Under the pieces are notes generated by a model. The model saw nothing but the letters and a program-made list of their open reading frames with translations. It did no database searches and had not been told where the DNA came from. A program made the translations under genes and the position numbers. DNA of 64,000 nt from Callorhinchus milii (taxonomy: Eukaryota), in the NCBI RefSeq assembly GCF_018977255.1, contig NW_024704742.1:3660001-3724000 (forward strand). Reading direction: 5' to 3'. Below are positions 22,514-35,767 of the stretch, one piece after another (within the stretch, counting starts at the first letter, position 1; each line of letters begins with the position of its first letter).

Positions 22514-24228
22514 CTGCAAAGAAAAGAGATCAAGTTTCATCAGTAAACAAAATACACTTTGCATTTCACAGGGCTAGTCAATCCGAGCTTCAAAAGATTT
22601 GGGTGTCTGGGATTTAAGCAGGAGAGCTCTTCCGGAGAGCCGTGAAATATGTGTTACCAAATAATAAACATCTTTGAAATGAGTTGAAGTGGTATTTCCT
22701 TTGAAGCTTGGATCAACTATATCCTGGTGTTTAACAAGGAGCTGGCACGAGCCTCCTGTACAGCATAGTCTGTTTGCAAGCAGAGAGCAGGGGAATTTAA
22801 TTTGCTCAAAATACCTTTTGGGAGGAAATGCAAAGGCATAGTTTCCTCTCCCCCCACCCCCACCCCCTCACACACACCTTCATCCCACTCACTCCAAAAC
22901 AAGAGTACGTGGGCTGAACGTTGTCACTGCATGTCACACAAACACAGATGGGTCGGTTGATAAAAGACTAGTTACTGCGTAAATATTTTGTCGCCATCAG
23001 AATTGCCTGCACAGCTTTTCTGTCCTGCAAAATATCAGTCTCTCAAAAGTAGATTCACACTCCATCATTTACGTTTGCTGAAGATTAACTGGCATTTGCC
23101 CTGTCTAGTTTATTCCTCTAAGCCATCAACATTCTGCACGGTTAGCCCATGCTCTGCATGCAATCCAGCAATGCAGCGATATCAGAAGGAATGATGCGAA
23201 AGATAAATTGAGAGGCCTGTCTGTAATAGAGAGGTTAAGGCAATTGCTCAAGTGCCAACATTTCACCGGCATTGTGCTCACCCTCTGGTAAGCGGGGGTT
23301 TGTATTGCAGAGATCAACATCTGAGAACAAGGTGTAAAGCTACAGCAAGACAAGAATTCTGCCAGTGCATTTTTCTGGAATTTTTTTGTTTGCAATGTTG
23401 GTGGTTGGGGGTAGTGGGGGGGTGGGGGGGGTGTGGGAGAGAGGGAGAAAGAGGAAAGAGACAAAAATCCCATTGAGGTTTGTGACAACAAATAATGGTG
23501 GTGCAGAATCCACACAACTGAAGCCTACATCTGTTCACAGGTTACTAAACTACAGGACAATTCCAGCGAGTCATTGGGTGGAAGAATACACGTTATGTTT
23601 TCATCATTTAGAAAATAGAACAAGTGAATACCCCCACACTTTTGGACAACTTTTCCCTCCCACGCTCCTTCCCTCTTGGCTCTCAGTGAGCTGCATTCAG
23701 TGTTGCCCAATGCGATTAACATTGATATAGCACCTTTCACGTCAGGAGGATGTCCTAAGGCACTTAACAATACTGCCTTGACACCCGAGCTGGGAGTGGG
23801 AAAGGGAAAGACGACCGAAGGCACGGTCAGAGAGCTCGGTCTTCAGAAGGACCTTGAAGAAGGTGAGGGAGGAAGCGTGTTTGAGGAACTCCAGGATGGA
23901 GTCATGAGTAGATCGGGAGCTTGGCTAGGCCTCACTGTCACAGGTCTGCGACCCAGCACTCTCAATGTCAACTCTATCGGACTGGACAAAAAGGGAGCGA
24001 GTTAGCCACGTTCTACACGCTAAAGCTTCAGTCACTGCAAAACCGAACGAATGACCCATCTGAACTCGTGCGACATTCAGTGAAATGTTAACCGACCAGT
24101 CCTCAAAGAGCCTCACGTAATCAGAGCATACTCGTGTGGATGCAAACAGATCGCTGCTGGGGCCAGGCTGCACGTGTCCGCTGCTCGCTCTCAGTCCCAT
24201 CTCAGGAGACCTGCCAAAGCCACCTTAC

Positions 24229-24689
24229 CCATTCTGCTGCTTAATGTCACCCTGCCCCTCTTTCAATCCTCTCTTCTGGCCCTCTGCCACCTCATGGGCA
24301 TTGTCAGAGGAGTAAAGGCTTATGGGGGTGTTGTACAGGTTGCTCTGCCGTGGGACATTAACGGACGAGGTTACTGAAGGCTTAGCAGCGCTGGCTGCTG
24401 GCGGATATCCATCGGCACTAGTTTTGGCGTAGGCATGCAGGGGCTGTGAAGATGCAGTGGGTGATGGAGAAGGAGCAGTGGAAACCCGAGGGGGTGAAAG
24501 GGCTGATGAAGCGGTGGCAAAGGATGCAGGCTGTGGCTGTGCAGGGGGAGGAGTGCCTCTGGGAGGAGTTACAAGTCCGAATGGCCTGGGTGATTTATTG
24601 TAGGCAGAGCTGGATGCAGAGGGGATCTTTGGAGCCAATGGAGCAATGGATGCTATAGGCACACTAGAGGTTACCTCCTTGGGCTCATC
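24229..24689 (-). CDS. PDLIM5: PDLIM5 large Pro/Ser-rich exon, DEPKEV...AYNKSPRPFG...VNVPRQ...AEGQKRG...QGDIKQQNG
   Basis: Lies within ORF 24225..24752. Acceptor ctctttgctcag, donor GG|gtaagg, 461 nt, phase 0->2. EPKEV, AYNKxPRPFG, VNVPRQ and QGDxKQQNG are characteristic of PDLIM5/ENH. Confidence 0.95.
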
Positions 24690-25834
24690 CTGAGCAAAGA
24701 GGGGAAAAACACAAGTTACACAATGAACACATGCAAAAAAAAACACCCACAAACTTCAAACAGTGCTCCTGGAAACCCAGCGCACACCAAAATATGCCCA
24801 GAGAGCCATTCTTCAGCAGGAAGCCATACAGCAGTTTTAGGGTTGATCGGCACATCATTGTTCGAGTACAGAAGCGTTTGGATCAGAGTTATTCCGATTT
24901 TAACAACAACGAGACACTCAGTGGAAACGGGCATCGTAAGCTACAGGGGTATGGGGAAAGGGCAAGTGATTGGAATTGAAAGGATTGCTCTTAGAAGCAT
25001 CGGCACAGTCACAACGTGCTGAATGGCCTTCTTCCGTGCTGTAATTTTCTGTATGCTTTTATAATATAAATTGCAATTATAAAATTATATTTAAAACATT
25101 TATAATTTGATATAAATTATGTATAAATGTATGCTTCGGAATACTTGTATGCGTATGGACTTCTGAAGCAACTTAACGGGTAAACGGGTGGGAAAATAGA
25201 ACTCCGATTTGTTCTTCAAAGGATTTGCATCACAGGAATCACATCTGCCGTGTGGAGCTGTGTATCACCTGGCACATTAAACAGCGAGGGCCATTATCAT
25301 CTTATCAGAGCAGACAAGTGGGAGGAACGTAAAGTCTGATTTGATTAAAAGCTTACTGTTAGATTTGAAATTAAACGTATTATAGGGCAAAATGCCCCAG
25401 GAGTGACCTTCATTTATTGGGGTTTTTTTTTTAAAAAAAAGATTCCGAGCAAAATTTAGAGTCAAAGTTCAAATCAAGACCATTTGATATTTTGCATTAA
25501 TTTGTGGCTTAGCGAGATTAGGCATGCGTAGAGCTTCCAGGATGCACAAAGGACTTTTGTCAAAGAGATGGCATTCTTACACAAACACAGAGAGAAAACC
25601 CACACAGCATTAGACTTCACAAGCAGTATACAGTACTGATATCAACACTTGAGATCTAACTGGTGGCAGCGAGATACAATTCAATTTTACATCTATACAC
25701 ACGGGGACTATTGCATGTCGAGGGGACATCTCCAAAAGTATTTCAGACTGGTCAGCCGAGCTGGGAGATGGGAACTAAAGAGGGGAGGATGAGCGAAAAA
25801 AACGGTCAAAAGAAGCATCCGCAAGGCAGGGGTT

Positions 25835-26172
25835 AAACGTGGAAAGGGAGGGAGCAAGTCAAGACGGACTGGACTTGCAGAGAGCGCGGACTGAATGGCT
25901 GAAAGCTTGGCTGCCGATGAGTGGGTGAATAGGGCGGAGGGGCATGAAGCAGATCAGCTGTGTCTTTGTTCCCTTTGCTGGACAAAAGGGGCAGCTGAGT
26001 CAGGAGGATTGTAGAAGGCCAAGGAATGGAAGGGTGTGGCCAGGTCACGGAGGGATGTGAAACCGAGAATCCTTAATTCGATCCGCTGAGGGATGGGGAG
26101 CCAGTGGAGCTAAGTCAGGACGCAGCTGATAGGTTTGCGGAGACTGATGTGCGAGAGGACACGGGCTGCACA
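25835..26172 (-). mobile_element. Decayed L2 LINE ORF2 C-terminal fragment
   Basis: The minus strand reads AARVLSHISLRKPISCVLT*LHWLPIPQRIELRIL. Confidence 0.8.
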
Positions 26173-26560
26173 GATGAAAGAATATATGCATCGACGCGTA
26201 TATATTTTATATGGAATGGGCTAACGGTATGGAGTGACTGGGTTAAAGCTTCATACTTATTTGAATCCTAGGTTCGGTGTCAAAATAAGCGGGCAGCACA
26301 GACCGCTGGCCAAAATGCCCTCGATCGAATAGTTTTTAAACACAGGTTGCACAGGATCTCAGTGACCTCCAACCGCCAGATTGAAACGACGCATCAGTTG
26401 CATGATAGTTTTCAATCGTGCACACACATGCTCCCAATCGACTCCGTGTGTAATGGGGTTCCATGGACTTGGTGGGTTCCCACGGTAGCTCAATTCATAA
26501 ACTCACTGCTTACTGCGAGATTACTGTGCAAACCAAGAGCTTGGGGTTGATTCCCCGACC

Positions 26561-26891
26561 TAATAATAATAATAATAATCCTTGCATTTGATATAGCGCT
26601 TTTCACGTCGAGAGGACGTCCCAAAGCGCTTCACAGAACACACTGTAAAGTGAATTGACTGTATATTTGTGGGCGAACGCGGCAGCCAATTGCGCACAGC
26701 AATGTCCCACAAACAGTCGTGGATTGAAAATGACCAATTTATTATTGTTTTTGTTTTTTTTGGAGGGATTATTATTAGGCTCTGTGTGGAGTAAGGAAAC
26801 TTGCCCAAGGTTTGGCCCTCTGCCTGGAATTGAACTCAGGTCTCTCGCTTGCAAAGCGAGTGCTCTAACCACTGAGCTACAGGACTCAACT
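26561..26891 (-). mobile_element. Deu-domain SINE, subfamily A, full length, nested in family Y
   Basis: Complete copy whose flanks rejoin as a family Y element. Confidence 0.92.
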
Positions 26892-27746
26892 GCATTGAAC
26901 TGACAGATCCCAGCTGGGAGGAGAAAATAACTCACGCCCGGGTTTCCCGCCCACCATCAGAAATGAGTGACCCTTGTGCAGATCATGGATGACAGAATCC
27001 AGACTCACTTGTGACACAACTAATCGTTGCCAACAATCGCTGACTTGGCGCAAGCCGAAGACTTGCCACTGGGGTTTAACTCAGCCAAATGTGGACAGTG
27101 CTCGTGCTACCACAGCCCAGTAACGGTCGGCGTTATTGAGGGGAGGAGGGGGGAAAAAAGGTAGGGAACAGCGCCTTTCGGGTCTGGAGGACATCTCATA
27201 AAGCGGGACACTGCCGGGTGGGGGTGGCTCACAGAGATGGACCTTGAACGAGGTGAGCGAGTCAGAGGGAATCCGGGATAACTGCATTTAACAAATCAAA
27301 AGAGCCAAAAATGCACAGTTGCTGCGGGTGTTCAAAGGTCCACTTTGACGATCAGAATTAAAACAAAAAAGAGGTAATCTGCAGATCAAAAATCCGTCGG
27401 TCTCTGAAAGCGACAGCTCACCGCTTCAAGGAACAATCAGGATAGCTCTGTAACTCTCGCTGCCACCACGAGAGTGCACTGTTCACATTAAATCTTTGCA
27501 TGAAAGTGCCAATGATATGCTCGAGACATAAAGCAATGATGCAGTAATGTATGCTACAAAAAATGACTTAGCATTGTGCTTTAAAACAACTATTTTCATT
27601 CAATCTATTCTAGATTAACAGCCCGGTAAAGCTCGTTCATGCACATGAACAAAAGTGCTGACGTTTTTAAATCGGAGCCAGTCGGTTTCCAGTCACAAGG
27701 CACAAGCATGAAGACCCACAGGGAATTTCAAATCCTTTTTACGTAC

Positions 27747-27789
27747 CTTCTGAACTGTTACGAAGTCAGATTTTGCAGACTCGGGAGTC
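27747..27789 (-). CDS. PDLIM5: PDLIM5 43-nt exon directly after the PDZ domain, (R)TPESAKSDFVTVQK
   Basis: Acceptor ttcttcctatttttcag, donor AAG|gtacgt, 43 nt, phase 2->0. Length and the VQK end match the mammalian RASAAPKPEPVPVQK exon as recalled. Confidence 0.88.
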
Positions 27790-27904
27790 CTGAAAAATAG
27801 GAAGAAAGCACCAAAAATCAGGATGATTTGAAACCAAACTGCAACACCACAAATGCAACCATTTTGCTAAACACCTGAACAGTATTTCAACAAGATAACA
27901 TTGG

Positions 27905-28160
27905 TAATAATAATCATAATAATACTCATTGCGTTTGATATAGCACCCTATCACGTCTTCGAGACGTCTCAAAGTGCTTCACGGAATACATTGTAGAGTG
28001 AATTGATTGTATGTTTTGCGTGCGAAATTCGACAGCCAATTGCGCACAGCAGCGTCCTACACACAGTTCCGGATTGAGTGATTTTTTTTCAAACAAAAAA
28101 TATTGTTGAAGGGGTTATTACCCCCGGAAAAGAGATCCGCCAATCGACTAACAAGCGGGA
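27905..28160 (-). mobile_element. Deu-domain SINE, subfamily B, 5'-truncated
   Basis: Deu core and TCGAA-loop tail. Confidence 0.85.
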
Positions 28161-30367
28161 AATGTAGGGAGACACTTTTGACGTCATGAATTGGCTTGGG
28201 AAGTGAAGATTTTTGAGTGGCCAAATCAAAGATAGTTCGGTGACTGCAGCTCCAAACCACTCCTGTTTGCGTCAGTAATGTTTCACACCTTAGTCACGGC
28301 GTCAAGAAATTTGCCTCTCCACGGATATCAGATACCAACTCGCACGCTCACATTGCATCCAGTGCCTGAGGGAGAGACACTCAACTCCCTATTCTCAGGA
28401 GAAGAGGTTTATTGTGGATGGTGCTGTGGGCCAGAGAGCAAATGGTTTTAGATGCAGGTTGGCAGGAGCCAAGGCTTGGGGACCCCATAGTGTGCGTAGG
28501 GGTACTACCGGAGGTCTAACCAGCTCAGAACCACTGAGAAAGCATTTTCCGGTTCCAGCCAGGACCCACCTATTAGGGCTTCGGCTTACAGAGTTAACAG
28601 GAGCTGAGCGGGAAGAATCCCTTCCCCCAGTGACTGCTCTGCCCCACCAAGTCCTGCCGATGGGCTGTGCTGTGCTGCGCTGTCATCAGCAGTGCCCTGG
28701 AACACTGCAGACCCGCCTGGCTCAGAAACTGGACGACCGAGAACGCCGGAGGGCGGAATCGATTCCGTGGCCAAGTTAGCAAAAATGTAATACGCTTGAA
28801 ACGAATTATACCGCACTGACAACTGATACAAGTATCATGTGCACAATTAAGTTTTCTATCAAGTCAAACCGCTGGAGCCTCCCGGGGCCGTTGGGTGAAT
28901 TGATGTGCGTCAAAGTCACACCCAAAGGAGCAGCTGAAAGGGTAATTTAAAAGAAAGGGATGGAAAGTTCCGGAATGTTCACTGGTGACATCAAGAGGCA
29001 GGTTCGTTGCAGGCCAAAGCCTGTCTGACTAACACGCCCCCATTGCACGGTGAAAGAGTGCACCTCATATCAAGCGGGTTTCTGGGAATCGCCAGGAGAA
29101 ACGGCGGTCACCTTCCTCTCAATCCAACGCGGCATTTCGGACCATTCTTTCGGTGCTGTGTACACGCGCCGCATAGCTGATTCCATACCTCAAAGAATAC
29201 AGCACGTTAGTTCCCTAGAACGTTACAGCACGGAAAGAGAGGCCAACTCGCCCTCGCCAGTGCTTACACACTCCACTCGAAGCACTCGCCCCTCATTTTC
29301 CCCTCTCTTCCCTCTCCCTTCACGTTTCCATCACGTTTCTTCGTCCATGCTTTTTGCTTCAAACCACAGCTTCCGGCATACAGTTCCACGTTCTCTCCAC
29401 CCTCTGCGTAAAGGGGTACCTGCTAAACACCCCTCTGAAATGCTGCTGGCTGTCTTATATTTACAGCCCTTATTTTCGACTCTATCAGGTGCGCTGTTTA
29501 CCAGAACTGTCCTGAAACCAAATTTGGAGAATATCAATTGAAACGAAAAGCTGCAGGCTTCTCCCCTCCTTTGCCCCACTTTACCACTTGTAATTTAATC
29601 CAGTCCCACTATTCCACCCACTCTTTCCAGACCAAACTCAGCTTTGCACGTGCACCTTTCCACCCACTATCCGTGGTTGACGTTTCAGACACGAAGCATT
29701 TGCTCACCTCAAAACTCTTCCAAACCCACCCCCCCCCCCCACCTCACATCCCTTCAAAACCTTTCTAAAATGCCTTTGGCCACCCTCATCCTGCCTGCCC
29801 CTCCTATTTCTTCCCACCTTGTTTGCATTTTCACTCCATCTCTGAAGTGCTTCGGGATATTTTGCTACATGAAAGGCACTGTGTAAGTGCAACTGGTTTT
29901 GTTCTGGCGGTACCGAAATATTTACTGATCAGCACGACACTGACATGTAGAAAACTCGATGGGTGTGGGGTGGTGTGTGTGCAGAAACAGTGAGGACATT
30001 GCTTTCACGCCAGGGTTCCCATTCTACCCCATAGGAGGCAACTCCTGTTGTCCTCAAGCAATCCTGTAACCTTTCAGGTTATAGCAGATTGTTGGTGGCA
30101 GAATCAGATTATCAAGTGATACTCTCTGGCAGAAATGCTGCTCCTTTGAAAATCTGCTTCAATAAATGAAACATCTGTTCAAATCCGACTCAGTCCACCA
30201 CACCCATCCAAAGGCTCGCGCACGAAGGATCTTGTTGCAAAAAGTACGCTTCCCAATGTCAACACAGGACTGCAAATTACTGCATTTAGGTTAACTACCA
30301 GGACAAGACGACCAAACCACGGTGAACTATAATTTCTTTGTTCATCCATCTGAAAGTTAAAATCAGA

Positions 30368-30716
30368 AATAATAATAATAATCCTTGCATTTGATATTGT
30401 GCCTTATCATGTCTTCGAGACCTCTCAAAGCGCTTCGCAGGATATACTGTATATTTTGTGGGCGAAACATGGCAGCCAATTGCGCACATCAGCGTCCCAC
30501 AAACAGCCATGGATTGAGTGACCACATTATTGTTACTTTTTTTTTGAAGGGATTATTACCCCCGGAAAACCAATCGGCTAATAACAACTGTTGGTAAACA
30601 GAGCTGTGTGGAGTAAGGAAACTTGTCCAACATTTCGTCCCCTGCCCGGGAAATCGAACCCAGGTCCTCTCGCTTTGCGAGGCGAGTGCTCTAACCACTG
30701 AGCTACAGGACTCCAC
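30368..30716 (-). mobile_element. Deu-domain SINE, subfamily B, full length
   Basis: Head through (TTA)n tail. Confidence 0.9.
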
Positions 30717-33700
30717 AAAATCACTGAGAAAAGGAAATGCCAAAAGGAAAAGCTTTTTACTGCGGTTGATAAATTTGAAGTCTCACGCTTTTCAGAAGAA
30801 ACCGTGAGTCATTTCACAGACGTCCAAAGCATTTCCATACATGCCACCTCGGATCATGATTTTTGTTAGGGGAACAAGAGTGGTTTCCTGGCAAAGCTTT
30901 GTGGGGCCGTGATGGAATGCATAGTTGTCTTCCATTTACTTCAAACAGTTTTAAGAAAAATTAAAATAGTTCTAAATTACAGAGTCCCATTTGTGTTTTT
31001 TTTCCCCTTGCTTTGCCATGTGGTGTACAAATGAATACATTTCAAAGATTCCTCCACAGTCAGGGTCACCCGCTAAGTTTCATAGCATTTTGTTTGGGGG
31101 TGGAAAAAGCCTGTCGCTTACTTTAATGTTAAGGCAAGCTCACGTTAAGTTCACGGTGTGCTACAAGAATTCTAATGACATACAGTAACTTGGGCCTCTG
31201 TTCAGAACTTCACATCCCTCCCCTGCTCCCCAAATGGTTTTCCTTAGCAACTATAAAAATGCATGTTTTTTTTTTTTGGTGAGTTTGTGTGGATTCTACC
31301 ATCAGAAGGTGCTAAAACGAAATCAATAAAGCACGCGATTTGATGACTGGATTATCACGCAAACCCCGTTTGTGAATCTACAGTGACCTTCGCAAGTTAT
31401 CTTCACAGTTGGGATCTTCTCGATCTGAATCCTGGTGATAATTCTCGGTCTGTTTTTTTATCCTGGATTCTGTTTGCAATACCTTTGCAAAGATAATACG
31501 CACAGCACCCTGCAGCATGGAAACGGGCCGCTCAACCCAACCTGTCTGTGCCTGTGGTTACACTCCACATCAGTGTCTACCCACTCTTAACCCCTCCCAG
31601 AACTCTTCTATTCCCTTCTCCCTCAAGTGTATATCTGGCTTTCTCTTACATGTATCTATATGATCTGCTTCAACACCCGTTTGGACAGCGAGTTCCATAT
31701 TCTCACTACCCTCTGCGTGAAGTCGTATCAATCTTGTTTAGATTCCCCCAGTGGTCATCTCGTACTTGTGCTCACTGTTACAGACTCTGTAACAAGTAGG
31801 AACCTCTTTGTGCATTAGAAACCTGAACGGTCAATCTTCTCTTTGCTTATATATTCTTCGTAGTGCAAAAGGCAGAAAATGCTTTGGGCCTATTCAACCC
31901 TGTTCGGGCATCCTTTGAAGTTAAAAAGATAACTTTAATGAGCACGAGAAGTCTCTGGTCGGCAAAAGTCGAACTGAAGAGAGAATCAGCGTTAACAACG
32001 GTATCAGTAGTTGGGAGGTTACTTAAGGACAACCCAGCTTTCACGTGTTATCACTGACCAAACGACAGCCCACAGGGCAGGGTTTCTGCAAGCCTGGCTT
32101 TATTGCCATGAAATCTACTCCACCTCATTGCCAACCATTCAGTAGGATTGGAGCATAACTCGCCTGACTATCAAATGTCACAACAAGCGCAAAGGCTTCG
32201 GCAGGATGCACATTGCAACAAGAATGAACCTGTACAGCAATTGTATGTACGATACTTTATTCAGTAAACCAGAAAGAAAATAATACAATCTTTGTTCTGA
32301 CCTTCCCTAAATCATGTAATATTCCGCCTAAGAGCAGACACACCCCTTTGGCAACCAAGCATAAGCTTCTAATTCTCATCCATTGGTCACAAAAGAGTAC
32401 TAACTAGTCAGATACTCTGAGGTTCTGGCACAGGGAGTACATTGCTATTCTCACCTTGCACTTATCTATCTTGGACATTATTTGCCAATCATCAGTCCAT
32501 GTAATACCCTATCATGCTCTCTTTCTACATCTTTTGCTGCCTCTACCGACTCTCTAGTCCTCTGCCCCGTTTCCCCAACGCTGGTGTCATCCACAAATGT
32601 AATCCTTAATGTTCGCAAGTAACAGGAAAAATCCCAATATAAATCTATCAAACGCCCCACTTGATACCTGCCCACAGCTGCTGGGTGTACGAACGTGTGT
32701 TCACAAACCAGACTCCAAGTAACATCTTCCAGGAGCTGTCAACCCAAGACACAGAGTTTTCTCATCAGCTCTCTGACAGACGTCTGCCTTCAGTGTGGTG
32801 GGAGGACCTTTACAGGACAGCTTGCGACGTGCCAGCCACCTTCATGTTCGAGGTCCAAGTCCAATGCCGCCTGCCAGGCTTACTCAGCACCAGCTGCTTA
32901 ATCCAGGTCCTGATGCAAAGGGCCTCGGCAAATAGACGTGCTCGCTGTGAAGCTGACACCGCCTCCAGGGGCTCAGTCACAGGTCAGTGTAGGCCAGAGC
33001 CCTCCCTACTTCCCTGCAGCCTCTCCACTGCATCCCCAGAAGCTCGGATCCATAAAGGAGGACTGCTTGTGCACAGGTCTTGTTCGCCACAGGCTTGACC
33101 TGCTTTGGGACCTTGCTATCCTCGGAGAGACGAACAAGACCAAATTGCCCTTCATCCCTTCTCAGCACGATCCTTCAGGACAATCGTTCAGGCAAAAGTT
33201 TCTGGAGGGGAGTACTCTGTTTATGGAACTCTGGAGAGCGTTACGCGCAGGTTGGCAAAAGCTAAGGCTTGGGAACCTCAGAGTGTGCGTTGGGATCCCT
33301 ACTTGGGAGTTTAACCAGGTAAAGCCACACAGCTTTGCCATTGACAATACTGTCTGGCAAGCTTTCCCGCTGCTTGTCCACCCTATCCATTAGGGCTTTG
33401 GCTTGTACGGTTACCAAGAGCCGAGTGGGAAGAATCTCTTCCCCTAGTTTTTTTCGCCCACAAAATATACAGTCAATTCATTTTACAGTATATCCTGTGA
33501 AGCGCTTTGAGACGTCTCGCTAAAGTGATAAGGCGCTGCATCAAATACAAGGATTATTATTATTATATTATTATATTTATCGAGCTCAGGAAGACAAAGG
33601 GAAAGTGCTGAACAGACCCAGAAATATCTGGCACAAAGACACGACTAACTGGAATGACTGGGATCCTTCTTCTGGGAAGTACTTAAACACCTTTGGCAAT

Positions 33701-35767
33701 GAGCTTTCTCAACACTTAGTGAGCTTTGCATTCAAATCACTGTGTTTTTTTCCCCCACACAATTCCAACCAATAGGGTGTAAACATTTCCAGGGCAAGGA
33801 TTTAGGAATCTCCAAACATCTGGGATGTTCATCGGGTGTCAATATTTTTGGGGTTCAAATCCTTAAATTAGTGCGATGTATTTTAATATTGAAAACCAAT
33901 TTTTGGAAAAACAATTCAAAATTGGACCAACGCACAAAACACTCAATTCAACAACTAAACAGTGCTACGCTGTTTTGCCTCTGGCTTTGTTGATGTGATG
34001 GCGTATCATTTCATAAATGCCTCCGCAAAACCGTACAGAACAATGAAATGCTCACAAGCTAACAATTAGTCTCCATGTGAAACAAGTTGCTGCTTCTCAC
34101 CGAGGAACTTCCCAGACTCCACAGAATAGTTGACCTTCAGACCTACACACACAGGCACTGCACAGAGTGCCAGCCTACAGAGCACACCCCCCCCCCCCCC
34201 ACCCACCCACTCACACACATACATACACACACACGCACACGCGCACACTGCACAGGTTGCGAGCCGACAGACCAAAGCAGAGTTTACATCATATATTTTA
34301 TGTCAATATTTTATACAAAAAATAGAAGAAAGTATAGGTTCGTAATTCCCCCCAAAAAAATCCCGACTGCAAGATACGACAGCACTGTGCACGTTGGGCA
34401 GTCAGACCGCACTGAATTGCCCAACAAAAGGTGTGACATCGACGACAACCTAACCACTGGGAGTTAGCCATTTTGGAGACACACGACACCGGGGAAACGG
34501 CGGGTTGGTTTACGCTCAATTGAAGCTACCGCTCAATCTGCCACATCGCAACCAGATTGATTGAATTTGAACTTGAGCCATAAAGAAGCTCGTTATAACA
34601 GGTCGTCTCCACACGGGTCTTTTGTTAAAGAAAATATAATGATAATATAAAATAATAATAATCCTTGCATTTGATGCAGCGCCTTATCACATCTTCGAGA
34701 TGTCTCAAAGCGTTTCACAGGATACACTGCAAGGTGAAGTGACCGTGTGTTTTGTGGGCAAAATGTATGCATCCGGTGTACAAAATCATTATATGATCCA
34801 CGTTTTCCAAGAGATCGTAATCAGTAGTCTGAGGTCAGAGGCAACTTAACATTCAGGGCAGTCCGAAGTCAGCTTCGTAATTGTTCAGTCTGCTTTCCAG
34901 CAACATTCTCCACCTCCCTCCCACTCACACCCAACAATAGACGGACGTGGAGCTTTTGGCGATGAGTGACACACACAGGCAGACAAATTAACATCCTTCG
35001 GCTAACGGCAATCTGATCTTGTTTAAGAGCAGCCGATGTGACAGGACATTCCACGCCTTTCACCCGACCTTATTAGGAAAAGAACCGGGCATCGCAGGCC
35101 CCTCGATGGAGGCACGACACAACCAGAGGGGGCAAAGATGAACAAAGATTTTTTTGCTTGCAATTACTGTCGATTAGTCATATCCTTTTTTGCTTCTGTT
35201 GCCATTTCCAAAGCTCCTGCTATCTGTACGTAGCAGTGGGTCCTGGCACCTGGAGTGGGTATCCTGTGTGGTCTTGGGGAGTGAGGTGACCTGAATCAGA
35301 GCAGTCTCCGTCCCTCTAAAGTGCACGTGTGTGGACACGATCAAGCTCAGTTTTCAGGTCTCCTCTTCCCCTCCGCTGGCCCGGAAATGTCTGCCGAGCT
35401 GGGTGAGGTGGTTTCAAGCATGAGCCATCAATGTGCTCATTGCACACGGGTGGGGGGGGGAAACCAAGCATGAGTCACAATAATAATAATAATAATCCTT
35501 GCATTCGATAGAGCGCTTTTCACGTCTTCGAGACGTCTCAAAGTGTTTCACAGTCATGATCATAGTCATGATCGTCGGGAGAAGGGATAATAATAATAAT
35601 TAATAATAATCCTTGCGTGTGATACAGCGCCTTATCACGTCGCTGAGACGCCTGAAAGCGCTTCACAGGATTGTTGTGTGTTTTGTGGGCAGATTAGGAG
35701 GGGGAAAAAAACAGAAGTGAAACCGATCAGTAATTTCACTCAGTAAAGCTGCCAAACTGCAAACTGT

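Noticed and set aside
32661..33393. Overlapping 145-151 aa ORFs
   Set aside because: No recognisable domain. It may be a decayed retroelement, but I cannot support a call.
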